Positions 48,020 to 60,380 of a stretch of DNA of 64,000 nt are shown here, piece by piece. A program made the translations under genes and the position numbers. This stretch comes from Felis catus (Eukaryota), in the NCBI RefSeq assembly GCF_018350175.1, contig NC_058369.1, positions 162,378,001 to 162,442,000 on the forward strand, read 5' to 3'. Positions within the stretch are counted from its first letter, which is position 1; every line of letters starts with the position of its first letter. The notes under the pieces were generated by a model, which did no database searches, had not been told where the DNA came from, and saw only the letters and a list, made by a program, of their open reading frames with translations.

Positions 48020-48568
48020 AGTAAAATAAGACCTAAACAAATGCAGGGACCCGAATCTCAAATCTCTTCAAATGGATTTTAAAATATTGACAAAAAATTT
48101 TAAATATGGGAAAATTCTAAAGTTTATTTGGAAGAATAAACGACTGTCTGTAGCCAAGAAAGTTTTTTCTGGGGGGGAAAAAAGAAATCTGTGCGTAGGG
48201 GGAGTACTTACATTATTAGATATTAAAACTTATTTTCTGTGATAAATATATACACATAAAATTTAATTTGGGGTGCAGTGGCTGCTCTATATATGACACC
48301 CAAGGCAGAAACCATGGAAGTCTTTTACTTTATAAGAAATGAGCCCCCAGTGTGAAATAAAACCAATTTCCCAGCTTTTAAAAATGGACGAATAGAGGGG
48401 CGCCTGGGGGGCTCAGTCGGTTAAGGGACCAACTGTTGTTGGCTGGGGTCTTGATCTCAAGGTCATGAGTTTGGGCCCCACACTGGACTCTGTGCTGGGC
48501 GTGGAGCCTACTTAAAAAAAAAACATACATACAAATAGAAAAGTGAGCAAAGGGACATAAGCAAATTC

Positions 48569-48601
<33 letters not shown>

Positions 48602-49370
48602 AATACAAAAAGGCAAGGCAACACATAACTATGTGAAAAAACAAGTCAGCTCACTAGTAATCCAGGAAGTGACATACGAAATTCAAAACAATGAGAAACA
48701 ATGACTTTATTTACTTATTTTTTTAATGTTTTATTATTTATTTTTGGGAGAGAGACACAGACACAGCATGATCAGGGGAGGGGCAGAGAGAGACAGGGAG
48801 ACACAGAATCCCAAGGAGGCTCCAGGCTCTGAGCTGTCAGCACAGAGCCCAACATGGGGCTTGAACTCACCAACAGTGAGATCATGACCCGAGCCAAAGT
48901 CAGACATTTAACTGACTGAGCCACCCAGGCACCCCGACAATGACTTTAAATTTGAAAAAAAAAAAATAGCCCGTGTTGTCAATAAGATGGAAAAATGGGC
49001 ATTTCTCAAGGGAAAGCTAATAAAATTTTCTGGAAGGTAATTTAGAAAACATTTAAAAAATATACTGTGCCTTTGACCCATCAGTTGCCCACTCCTAGAA
49101 TTTTAAAATCAGGCATGTACGATAAAGGATGAATCTATAATGATCAATGATATAGAAAAACAAGAAAATGTATCTGTACATTTGTTCTGCCATTAAGGAT
49201 CATGTCATAAAAGCATATCCAATAAAATGGGAGAAATGGGCAGAATACATTTTTGCATCGCATTATCCTAATCACATCAAACATGCATAGGTAAGCATAG
49301 AAAAAACATCGGAGGAGACACACCAAAACACGAAATGTAACGGATCTAAGAGTAGGAGAGATTTTTATAT
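48020..49370 (+). mobile_element. Old L1 fragments interrupted by two Can-SINEs (48397-48526 +; 48706-48935 -)
   Basis: A-rich L1 ORF2/3' phrases (gcaaagggacataagc, ctttgacccatcagttgcccactcctag); SINE TSD acaatgacttta. Confidence 0.65.
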
Positions 49371-49499
49371 TCTATTTCCTACTGTTGCAACAGATTTAAG
49401 TGTTTTAAAAATGATTGTATACTTAACATTGACTTTGTTGAAAAGCACAAAAGTGCATGACACTGTAATAGCCTGGAAACCCCAGGAAGTGTATGGTTT

Positions 49500-50700
49500 G
49501 GAAAGCCACGGCCACCTGCTCGGCGGTGAGTCACGGGCGCAGGCTCGCACCTGCCTCCGCACTCGCCAACCGGCTGCCGCGCGCTTCCAAGCGAAATGCC
49601 CGGTGCGAGAGCTGTCCCTGAGCCAGGCCCCATGCCCCCGACCCCGGCAAGCAGCGAACGCCTGCTCGTGGTAATTTCTGGAATTGAGGGCATTCCCTTT
49701 GTAAAGTTCACGCGATCGGGCCTTTCCTTTCTCCACTCGTGAACAAACCAGAAGCCAGACTTTCGGGTCAGCCGCGCCGCCCCCAGCCAGGGGTATTTCG
49801 AGCCTGCAGCGAGGCCAGAGGTCGCGGTGGCCGACGGCGGCCGCAGCGGGGCAGGGGTGGCCGGGAGGCCGCGAGCGCCCTCTCGGAAGAAGCCAACGAG
49901 GCCAGGTCTAGCCCAGGGACCGCGGCCCGGCCACGCGGTCGCGCAGGGACGCGTGTCCTCCGTAGGGACAAAGGGTCGGGAAACTTGATCCGGGCCCGTC
50001 CCGGAAAATCCGGGCTGCGGTCGCCATGGCTACCGAGTCGGGCTCCCGTCAGCCGCCCCCGACCCGGCCCAGCCCGCGAGGGGGCGCTGGGAGGAGGGGT
50101 GCGGAGGGGACTGGCCCCGCCGCCCGCCCCGCCCTCCGGCCGCGGCCGCCGGCCCCAGCCCGCGACTGACCCTCGGCAGCTCCTGTAGTCACGTGGCGCT
50201 GGGAACCGGCGGGGGGGCTGGGCCCGGGCCTGGCAGTTGTGAACTCGAACCTGCCGCTGTCGCCGCGCGGGGTGGGGAGCGCGGCCGCCGGCGCCGGCGT
50301 TCCGGCCTCATGGACGCGCGACGCGCCTCCGCGCACCCCGCCGGAGAGGTTCGTCCCGGGCAGGGCGCGGGGTTCCACGCGGGCCCGAGGCGGGCGGCCC
50401 TACCTGCCGGGCGCGTGACTGTGTGTGCGCTGTGTGTGTGTTGGGGGGGGGGGGGCGGACAGTGCTGGACCGAAGGGGGGGGCCGAGCCCGCGCACCTGC
50501 GCACAGGCTCCGCGAGGTGCGCTCTGCGTGGGGACCCGAAAGGGCCCATTCGGGGTGCGCGGAGCCGTATGTCCGCGACGTGGACGGGGGACACGCGCGA
50601 AAACAAAAGGGGGGTGTGGGGTCTCCACGACCCTTTGCCGTCCAGAAGGCGCAAGGGGATTGTGACCGAGACCTGGCCACACTAGCTCGCCCTACGCAGC
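49500..50700 (+). promoter_or_regulatory. REPIN1: REPIN1 CpG island promoter/exon 1 (probable donor after 50348)
   Basis: Very CpG-rich, GC boxes, E-box GTCACGTGGC ~50188; GAG|gttcgt. Confidence 0.75.
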
Positions 50701-51080
50701 CCCTTGGGAAACGGGCCTGGAATTCCTGTTGGGAGGAGGGTGGGGGAAGGGGAGCCAGCAGGGATTCCCGAGTTTCTGCCATCGGCCGGCCTTTGGCCAT
50801 CAGCATGGAGAATTCGTGCTGTGACCTTACCAGTGGAGGAAATGACCCCCGAACGCTGGCGTGTACTTCCTTGGTGAAGGGGACACATTCATTTATTAAT
50901 CCAGTAGCCATTAAGGTTCCCCTGCCGGGCGGGGTGTCGAGCCTGGGTGGGGGAGGGGGTTGTGGCTGGCGAGGACACAAAGATGACTGCCCTAGAGGAG
51001 CTCAGAGCCTCACGCGTGTTTTCTCTCCCCTCCCCGCAGGTAAGGCTGGCCTCTCTGCGCTCAGAGGTCTGAGCTCTGCC

Positions 51081-51237
51081 ATGGGGGTAGGGGTGTCTTT
51101 ACTGCTGCAGTTTTCTCTGACATCTGGGGGCTACCAGAGTGTGGGCCGAAGCAGGCGCTACAGCCGCAGAAGTATCCCCAGGAACATCCCCCGGAGGAGC
51201 TGGAAAAAGCCTCATCTCCAGCTCTACGGTCTGCAGG
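51081..51237 (+). CDS. REPIN1: REPIN1 long-isoform N-terminal coding exon (exon 51040-51237)
   Basis: gccATGG; MGVGVSLLLQFSLTSGGY...LQ G|gt splices in frame to 52649 ([10 protein letters not shown]). Confidence 0.75.
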
Positions 51238-52662
51238 GTAGAGTCTGGCCTTCTTTGTTGGGTTCCCACACCATTCCACAGCCCCAGTGCTCAGATCTCC
51301 TCCTGGAGGAAGGAAGTCACCTGTAGGGGGGAAGGATCACATTCTCGTACCGGCGTCTTCCCTGTGCTCAGTCTGGCCGTGGGGAATGAGTCACGTCTGA
51401 GCTCCTCCAGAGGAGTTCTGCTCTAGGGGATTTAGGGAGGATGTGTCCGGAGGTTGCAAGCCCGCAGTGAAGGTCCATTAAGAGGCTAACTACCATCCAC
51501 CCCTCAGTGGCTATAAGAAGCTCTTCTTGAGGAATCTGGGCTCCCTGGCACCGTGGAATAGCTGAATATGGGGCAGCCCCCGGTGGGGTTGGGGCATGAC
51601 CTGGCAGGGGACCCAGATTGCAGTCTTGTCTTTCCTCCCCTTCTCTTGCCCCGGTAATCGCTACCACCCCGGGGGAGGCAGGGATCCGGGCCCGAGGCTA
51701 ACAGGCTGTGGGTGTTTCTTGGATTCATGGGCGCTTTCCTTCTCGCGATGTCCTAATTGCGTGTGGGTGGAGGGGGGCAGGCAGGCAGAGTGTGGGCACC
51801 GCCTGGACAGACAGTGGCCTGGCGTTCTGCAGTCCTGGGAGTACCATCCAAGCGCTGCCCTCCTGTTCCCCAGAAGCTCTGTTCTCTCTTGCTCTCCAGG
51901 CTTCCGCCCTGAGACACTGAGGTTAGGGAGGTCAGAAATGCCACCCCTGTGGCGCGCTTAGAGCCCGGGAGAGGGTAAATAGGATAAGGGCCGTAGGAGT
52001 TTCTGTGGGAGCTGTACATACCCCGGTGTTTTGGAGGAAAGAACGCTAACTGGGAGTTTAGAAGGCCTGTCCCCTAGTCTTGGTTCTGCTTTTGGTTTAC
52101 TGTGTCCTCTCGGGCAAGTTCTCTCCTTCCTCTTATGCCTCAGAGTTGCTTCATCTGTCAAGCAGGGAGCTTAATAATGTCTGTTCATCCAGCCTCACAA
52201 GGTTGCTACTCAAAGGTAGCAAGAGGAAATAGTAGAAACAAGCCGAGGGCAGCAGGGAAGCACTTGAAAAGTGGAAAGCACTAGAGGGAGAGGGGACGGC
52301 GTTTTCTGGTGAGTCCTAAGGCAGGAATGTTTGTGCAGCCAACGCTGGAGTGTTTACTCCATGCCAGACCCGGGGTGACTGCCACGAGGGGGATTCCAAG
52401 AAGTGTCAGAGTTCCTCCCTTCTGGTAGTTTCCAGACTCATGAACACTTAGGACAAATACACTTGGAATGGTATCTAGAAGCCCCTGACTGAACTGACGC
52501 AGAACACAGAAAGCAATAGAAGGGTAGTCCTGATTCAAGGGCTCTAGCAGTTCAGAGATTTGAGCTCCTCTCGGGCCTGGGGTCGGCCAGGGAGGAACGG
52601 GGGCAGGATGAGTTGATCCCCAGAGTGACACTGCTTTTCCACCCTCAGCAGAGGAAGAACCC

Positions 52663-54363
52663 ATGCTGGAACGTCGCTGCAGGGGCCCCCTGGCCATGGG
52701 CCCAGCCCAGCCCAGGCTCTCTGGGCCCTCCCAGAAGTTGCCCCCGACCCTGGAGAAGGAGCCCCGCGGGCTGAGGTTACAAGGCACTTCCGTGGCCCAG
52801 TCGGGCAGCCAAGCCCCGGGCAGGGCCCATCGCTGTGCCCACTGTCGAAGGCACTTCCCCGGCTGGGTGGCCCTGTGGCTTCATGCCCGACACTGCCAGG
52901 CCCGCCTGCCCCTGCCCTGTCCTGAATGCGGCCGGCGCTTCCGGCACGCCCCCTTCTTGGCGCTGCACTGCCAGGTCCATGCCGCCGCCACCCCAGATCT
53001 GGGCTTCGCCTGCCACCTCTGCAGGCAGAGCTTCCGAGGTTGGGTGGCCCTGGTTCTGCATCTGCGAGCCCACTCGGCCGCAAAGCGGCCCATCGCCTGT
53101 CCTGAATGTGAGAGACGCTTCTGGCGACAAAAGCAGCTTCGAGCTCACGCGCGGAGGTGCCACCCCCCAGCCCCGGAGGCCCGGCCCTTCATATGTGGCA
53201 ACTGTGGCCGCAGCTTTGCCCAGTGGGACCAGCTAGTTGCTCACAAGCGGGTTCACGTAGCCGAGGCCCTGGAGGAGGCAGCAGCCAAGGCTCTGGGGCC
53301 CCGGCCTAGGGGCCGCCCGGCCGTGACCGCCCCCCGGCCCGGTGGAGACGCGGTCGACCGCCCCTTCCAGTGTGCCTGCTGCGGCAAGCGCTTTCGGCAC
53401 AAGCCCAACTTGATCGCCCACCGCCGCGTGCACACGGGCGAGCGGCCCCACCAGTGCCCCGAATGCGGGAAGCGCTTCACCAATAAGCCCTACCTGACCT
53501 CACACCGGCGCATCCACACTGGCGAGAAGCCCTACCCGTGCACGGAGTGCGGGCGCCGCTTCCGCCACAAACCCAACCTGCTGTCTCACAGCAAGATCCA
53601 CAAGCGGTCCGAAGGGTCCGCGCCGGGCGTCCCCGGCGCGGGGAGCCCCCAGCTTCCGGCCGGCCCGCAGGAGGCCTCGTCGGAGCCCCCCGCCGAGGCC
53701 CCGCTAAAACCCGCCCTTGAGCCTGCGCCCGAGGCCCCGGGAGCGCCCCCGCGGGCCCCGGCGGCCGCGCCCCCCTCGCTCTTCGGCTGCGAAGANNNNN
53801 NNNNNNNNNNNNNNNNNNNNNNNNNNNNNNNNNNNNNNNNNNNNNNNNNNNNNNNNNNNNNNNNNNNNNNNNNNNNNNNNNNNNNNNNNNNNNNNNNNNN
53901 NNNNNNNNNNNNNNNNNNNNNNNNNNNNNNNNNNNNNNNNNNNNNNNNNNNNNNNNNNNNNNNNNNNNNNNNNNNNNNNNNNNAGGGCAGCCACCTGGCC
54001 GCCCACCGGCGCGACCATGCCCCCGAGCGGCCCTTCGTCTGCCCGGACTGCGGCAAGGCTTTCCGCCACAAGCCCTACTTGGCGGCCCACCGGCGCATCC
54101 ACACCGGCGAGAAGCCCTACGTCTGCCCGGACTGCGGCAAAGCCTTCAGCCAGAAGTCCAACCTGGTGTCCCATCGGCGCATCCACACGGGCGAGCGCCC
54201 CTACGCCTGCCCCGACTGCGACCGGAGCTTCAGCCAGAAGTCCAATCTCATCACCCACCGCAAGAGCCACATCCGGGACGGCGCCTTCTGCTGCGCCATC
54301 TGCGGCCAGACCTTTGACGACGAGGAGAAGCTCCTGGCCCATCAGAAGAAGCATGATGTCTGA
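52663..54363 (+). CDS. REPIN1: Replication initiator 1, multi-C2H2 zinc-finger protein (contains N gap 53796-53983)
   Basis: [13 protein letters not shown] start, three C2H2 clusters with TGEK/RP linkers, ends [10 protein letters not shown]. Confidence 0.96.
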   Translation: MLERRCRGPLAMGPAQPRLSGPSQKLPPTLEKEPRGLRLQGTSVAQSGSQAPGRAHRCAHCRRHFPGWVALWLHARHCQARLPLPCPECGRRFRHAPFLALHCQVHAAATPDLGFACHLCRQSFRGWVALVLHLRAHSAAKRPIACPECERRFWRQKQLRAHARRCHPPAPEARPFICGNCGRSFAQWDQLVAHKRVHVAEALEEAAAKALGPRPRGRPAVTAPRPGGDAVDRPFQCACCGKRFRHKPNLIAHRRVHTGERPHQCPECGKRFTNKPYLTSHRRIHTGEKPYPCTECGRRFRHKPNLLSHSKIHKRSEGSAPGVPGAGSPQLPAGPQEASSEPPAEAPLKPALEPAPEAPGAPPRAPAAAPPSLFGCEXXXXXXXXXXXXXXXXXXXXXXXXXXXXXXXXXXXXXXXXXXXXXXXXXXXXXXXXXXXXXXXXGSHLAAHRRDHAPERPFVCPDCGKAFRHKPYLAAHRRIHTGEKPYVCPDCGKAFSQKSNLVSHRRIHTGERPYACPDCDRSFSQKSNLITHRKSHIRDGAFCCAICGQTFDDEEKLLAHQKKHDV

Positions 54364-55432
54364 GAGGGCAGGGGCTGCGGAGGCTGAGGGCGAGGGGGCC
54401 CCGGGAGCCCTTCACAGGGGAACGTTGCCGTGGGCCTGGGCCGTCGGGGGGCCCCTAGGTTGATGCTGGTGTAGGCGAGGGGTGGGAGAGGCAGCCAGTG
54501 AGCTGGGGGCCCTATTAGAGAGGGAGGTCTGGCCCCCCTGCGGCCGGGGAGGCCACTGTCCGGGCACAGGGACCCTGGCCTCCAGCTGGCGTTTGCTAAG
54601 GTTCTGTCCTGACTATCCTGTGCCCTGGAAAAGTAGCAATAGCAGCTCCACTTACCCCTTAGAGCCCTCTGGCTGGAGGGCCACCAGGGGGCAGGAAGAA
54701 GACCCTTCCCCTCTGGTGTTAACGCCTTAATGTCCTTGTCCTTTATTATGAATTCCTTCCGCTGGTTTTTTTTTTTTTTTTTTGGAAGTAGGTGTGGTAC
54801 AGTCCTTAGTAAATGAGCACTTGGGAGGAAAAGTGGACCAGCTGGATACACCTGGGAGAACCTGCTGGCCTTGTTAGGCAGCACCTGGGCCTTTTCCAGC
54901 ACTGAGAGGTGAGGCCGTGCTGCTGTAACCTGTCCCACCCTGTCCCCTTCCTCCTGCCCCTGCATAGGCACCTGGACTGAGAGAGACCCATCTGCTGTTA
55001 GCACTCAGCTCCACCCTGTCCCTCCCCACCGTCAACACCTCACCCTCCCGGCGCTCTGAGCGTCCCCTGACTGTCAGCAGCCCTGTGTCCAGGCTTTTGT
55101 CTGAACACCCCAACCCTCCACTCCTTCCGGAACTCAACATGGTGGAAAGGACTGCCCCACTGATAATGGAGGGTCAGCCGGCAGGAAGATAGGGGCGAGG
55201 TTCCTTTCCAGCCTTTCTAGGGCATGGATGCCCAGTCTCGGCTTGAACACTTAGGTGACGGGTAGTCCCCACCTCCTGAGGCCCTGGTCCTATTGTAGGT
55301 AGGATAATTCTAATTGTTAGAAATTCTTCCTTAGAATGAATGGAATCCGCTTTCCTGTAATTTCTACCTACCGGGGCTCCTGTTCTCTGGAATGAAACGG
55401 AACAACCGCTTACCCTCCTTTTCAAACTAGAG

Positions 55433-55438
55433 AATAAA
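55433..55438 (+). terminator. Probable REPIN1 poly(A) signal
   Basis: AATAAA ~1.07 kb after stop. Confidence 0.6.
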
Positions 55439-56656
55439 GATTTGGTTTTAGAGCTGGTGGCCGAGTGTTCCTTTCTCCTGGGGAGCTGTGTAGTTTGAAG
55501 GAGCAGCAGCATACTCTGCTCTGAGGAGGGGAATTTGGGGGCGGGGGTTGGCCACAGGACAAGTGCCCCACTCGGGCTCCTTTGCACCCTGCTTCCAGTT
55601 CTTCCTAGCGGGGGGAGGCCAGGCGCACCCCGCAGGGGGGACTGGTTCTCCGGGGGACTAGCTTTCTGTGGGGTTGAGTCAGACTTGTCTGGTGCCAGTT
55701 ATCAGGAGGAAAAGGTCTGATGTGAATGTCCTGCAGTGCCTTCGAGGCTGGCCCGCTGCAGCCCCCCACATCTGGAACTACAGATGCTTCCCTGCACCGG
55801 TTGTCTCCTGCAAATTTGGGTGCCTATTTTTGACACATATCGGGAGGCCCTTTTCCCGCCAGGTTTAGTAATTTCTGCACAGATCCAGCACCTAGCATGC
55901 AGCGCATAATAACCGCAATATGGTTATGTGAGTGGCACCTCGCAAAGAAGTTTACCTAAACCGCCTCACGTAATCCTGGTGTGGTAGGTGCTCTTCTTTC
56001 ACAGGTGAAAACATTTGCTCAGGGGCACATGACTGAGAATCCAGATTTCAGATTTCAACCCAGGCCTGTGTGGCTCCTGGAACCTGTGCTCTTGACCCCT
56101 GCCACCTATTTATCGGGTGAATGCAGTATGCTGCTGCTTTGGGGGCAGATCATCATTAGATGCCCACCATGGTCTTGATGTCGCAATGGAAACTAGGGGT
56201 TTACCAGGACAAGATCTTGTCCTTACCTCCAAGAGGCCCAAGTCCGGGGAGGACGTGTATGTGTATGCAGATGACAGCAGAGACGATGGGGACTCCCCCA
56301 TCCCAAGCGTGTAGGATGGAAGTAGATAGCTTCCAAGTTTCATACGGGTTTATGAGGGTAGGGAGCCACTGAAAAACCTGTGTGGTAAATGGCAAATTAT
56401 CTTTCAGAGACTGGAAGCATTGTCTCAAGAATGCCTCACTTCCAATATCTCTCTTTATGGGACCCCAGGGCTTCAAGGGAAGGGGAACCATGCTTTTTTG
56501 GTGGGGGGGAGGGCAGGAAAGTAGGTCAATGTCTGGAGATGATGGGCAGGGAGCAGGAGACAGGTCCTCAGGCATCTAGGGTTTTTACTTGCGGGTTGGG
56601 GAAAAGCATGTGGGAGAGGGGATCTGACCAGGGCTCCTGACTTTGAAAAACCATCA

Positions 56657-56879
56657 TCTTTATTTATTAAACATTTTTAAATGTTTATTTGTGTTTGAGA
56701 GAGAGAGAGAGGGCGCACAAGTGGAGAAGGGGCAGAGAGAGGGAGATACAGAATCTGAAGTAGGCTCCAGGCTCCGAGCTATCAGCACACAGCCTGACTT
56801 GGGGCTCGAACTCACCAACCGCAAGATCATGACCTGAGCCAAAGTCAGACACTTAACCGACTGAGCCACCCAAGTGCCC
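56657..56879 (-). mobile_element. Can-SINE
   Basis: Reverse SINE body. Confidence 0.88.
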
Positions 56880-57227
56880 TGAAAAAGGGAGAGCCACAGA
56901 AGTTGCCTTGAGAGGGCTGGTAAAGCTGTGACAGAGCTGGGCCCGTGGATCCTTTCTGGGTCCCTTGGGGGACCAGGTGGTTCCCAAATCCTTGCTCAGC
57001 ATGGCGCACTGCTGACAGCAGTCTTGAAGGAGGAAATGCTCAGGCTGGAGGGGCTATAGTTCTGCAGACAGGAGCTATGCTTCTGTTCCGAGGTGTCCAG
57101 TTTTATTTTCCTCCTTTTTCTTCTACAGTTACAAAAGTACTCAATTATCTTGTCAAAATTTAATAATACAGACATATATTTTTTAAATGTGGAAGTCTTC
57201 CATTCCCCCCTGCTCCCCATTCTGTCT

Positions 57228-57460
57228 TTTCTCTTTTTTTTCCTTTTTTTAAAAAATGTTTAATTATTTTTGAGAGAAAGAGAGAGAAAGAGCTTATGGG
57301 TGCATGCAAGTGGGGGAGGGGCAGACTGGGGGACAGAGGATCAGAAGCAGGCTTTGTGCTGATAGCAGAGAGCCTGGTGTAGGGCTTGAACTCACAAACC
57401 TCAAGATCCAGACCTGAGCCGAAGTCGGAGGCTTAACCAACTGAGCCACCCAGGTGCTCC
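57228..57460 (-). mobile_element. Can-SINE
   Basis: Reverse SINE body, TSD-like tctgtct. Confidence 0.85.
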
Positions 57461-58399
57461 GTCTGTCTCTTTTTTCTTAATGCAAATAGGATCCCAGATG
57501 GGCTTCATTCTTTTGGTCCTTGAAATACTCTTGGTCGTGAAATGTCAATCTGGAGGAAGTCTTGCACTCTTTAGAGGAGGAACCATGTCCAGAGAGAAGT
57601 GGTCTTCTCATTCATAACCGGTGGCAGATCTGGGAACTAGCATACTGGAATTACACAAGCCTTTGTTAAGCCTTCAGTAGGCAATCAAGAAAATGAAGAG
57701 ACGAATGGGATTCTGTAAAAGGTTGATGGCCGAGTGGCTTCTGTGTAGGGTTTTATGATTTATAAATGCTTCCATAGACAATTGAACAATTTGGGTCCTG
57801 CAAAAATCCAGGAAGGTAAGTATCTAACTAGGAAATTATTAACTCGTTTACAGTTAAGTCAAAGTCCAGCGACAGAAAAGTATCTTTTGTAAAAACTGCA
57901 CAGAAGTTAGTGGCAAAATTGACAGAATCTCAGTCCAACAGTATCTATTGTTAGGCGGCTAAACAATAGCTGGGGCCGTGGCAAATGCTTAGTAGGCAGC
58001 TTTAGAGTAATTAGAATGAGGTCCACCCGCTTAACGGTAGATTTGTAGGAAGTCTCGGAGAGAGAGCGGCCAGCTTATGTTTTTAACAACCTCGTGTCTC
58101 AAAGGCAGTTTCTAGGCAGCTCCAGAGAGCATCCTGCCGGTGGGAGTTGACCTAGCTGGCTTGAGGCAGCACTGTCAGGACTCTCACTGGTATAAAGGAA
58201 CCTTGGCTTCCAATTAGTGTGGGTAGAAATGAAAATTCTCTTTCCTGAAGATCCCCACGAACAGAAGATCCTCCTTGGTCGTCTGGACCCTGCCTCTAAA
58301 AATCAGCAGTGGCACTCGACCTAAGAACGTGACCTCTTCAGACCGCTGTTTCTTGACGAGAAAGAGAGGGGGTTGGATTTAATGATGTCTCCGTCTCTC

Positions 58400-59500
58400 G
58401 CAGAGACCCCAGGATCGTCCATCACGCGCCCACGACGTGCCTGGGACAGCGCGGGGTGCGGAGGGCGATTTCTCTCGGGTCGCGCGAGACAAGTACTGCT
58501 TCTCACCCTAAGACTTGGTGTACCGTAGTGCCAAGTGCCACCACCATGTCACACGCACACTCAAGTGGGAGCGTCAGAGTGGGGTTTGTACGTCTCGTTC
58601 CCCCGGATCCCGGCACCAAGAGCGGTGCGGGCGCGTCCCTGAGTCGGACGGATAGTTGCGGAACGACCGGGTCGATCTGAGAGCGCGTCCGCGGGGCTGG
58701 AGCCGGAGGGAGAACACGGCGAGGGGAGCACCAGGGTGCCGCGCCGCCGCCCGGTCATCAGCACCCGGGCTCGCCCCCGTTCCCTTCCCTTCCGAGCCCT
58801 GGACTCGAGTCCGGAGCCGGCGGCCAAAGCGTTAACGTTGCGCGGGGCCCCGGGAGGCCCCGCGGGCACCGAGGTCAGCCCGCCCACGCGGGCTATTGGC
58901 TCAGGAGAACAAAGGGGCCGCCCCGCGGGCTTCTCCGATAGGGCGGAGCTGGTCATCTGAGCCGCTCAGCCAATCAGGTGGGGGGACGGCCCTGGGGATG
59001 GCCAGGCCCATTAACCAATCAAGAGCAGGTGCCCGCCCCGCCTGTCCCGGGACTGGCGGGGCCGGGGAGCCCAGTGCCCAAGTCGCCCCGGGGTGGCAGT
59101 TCCCGTTAACCTTAACCACAAAGTCAAGGTATTTATTCCCGTCTCCTCCCTCAGAGTCCCTCCGAATCCGGGCGGGAGGGGCGTGCGGAGGGACGGACCG
59201 TGCTGTGGGGCCAGCGCCCGGCCCGCTCCTCCCGCGCTGCCACCACCCAGCCTCGGGCTGGAGGCGGCCTCGGGGGTCTCGGGGTCCCCTGAGCCCCTGA
59301 CGCCGCGGCCCCGAACTTTCCCCACCCCCACACAGCCCCTGGGGAAAGGGGCCCGGGTCGTGCGTGGAAGGGGCTGCAGGCTGGGGCAGAGAGCAGGGGG
59401 GGGGGGGCGTGAGAGCGGGAGGGACAGGGTGGTGAGCGGGGGACTGATCCCTAGTCCCTCCGGGCGCGTTCTGCCCAGGCGCTGCCCGGATGCTTGGGAG
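58400..59500. promoter_or_regulatory. CpG island with three CCAAT boxes; probable ZNF775 promoter by synteny (no coding exon seen)
   Basis: CpG-dense; ATTGG 58895, CCAAT 58970 and 59015; identity inferred only from gene order. Confidence 0.6.
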
Positions 59501-59649
59501 CTGTGTCAGCTGTGCGAAAGACCGAGCTTCTGGAGGGCAGGAACCCCAGTGCTCGCCGCAGAGTGACACAGAGTAGGTGCTTAATAAATGAGTAAATGAG
59601 TGGGCATAAACACTGGGAGTGCGAACAATAAGAGGGAAGCACCACAGAG

Positions 59650-59666
59650 TGCGTGCGTGTGTGTGC

Positions 59667-59707
<41 letters not shown>
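59650..59707. repeat. (GTGC)/(GT)n microsatellite
   Basis: Direct reading. Confidence 0.95.
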
Positions 59708-59709
<2 letters not shown>

Positions 59710-60200
59710 GGGGAGGCTCCATTCCAGGAAAATGGGCACCGGAGTCAAGACCTCAGTGGGGGTGGAGGTAGGAGCTGGGGGCTTCTTCCCCTGTAAAGGT
59801 GGAGGATGGATACAGAGATGCTGCCTCCTCCAGTCCTCTGGGTGGGAGGGAGCCTGGAGTGTGTCCTCGTCAGCCAGACCTGGGGTTGGGTGTGGTCAGA
59901 GCCCAAGAGCTTGAGGCTGCCTGATGTCCAGCCTCCACTAATTAGCTGTTCTTTTTGGGTCCTTGTTCATCTGTAAAATGAACAGATTAGAGGGTAGAGT
60001 CTCCTTTCAACTCTAAAGTTCCATGATTCAGTGCTTCTAATCTGTTTTGGACTTAAATTTCTGTATTGTAAATGTTTCTTTATTAGAATTTTCATTCATG
60101 GTTTACAACACGTGGGACCTTGGGCTGGATGTTGGGGAGAGAGAAATACTCCATGATGAGATCTTTATAGTCTTGTTGTGGAGACAGACGAATTATTATT

Positions 60201-60380
60201 ATGCTTTTTAATGTTTATTTATTTTGACAGAGAGTGAGAGCAGGGGAGGGGGAGAGAGAGAGGGAGAATGAATCCCAAGCGGGAGCCCGACTCAAGGCTA
60301 GAACCCATGAAGTGTGAGATCATGACCTGAGCTGAAACCAAGAGTCAGTTGCTTAACTGACTGAGCCACCCAGGTGCCCC
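60201..60380 (-). mobile_element. Can-SINE (internally deleted)
   Basis: 16-bp TSD cagacgaattattatt 60185/60381. Confidence 0.9.

Noticed and set aside
50193-51326. 377-aa ORF through REPIN1 intron 1, in frame with the long isoform
   Set aside because: CpG-island composition depletes stop codons; low-complexity product; needs intron retention with no supporting evidence
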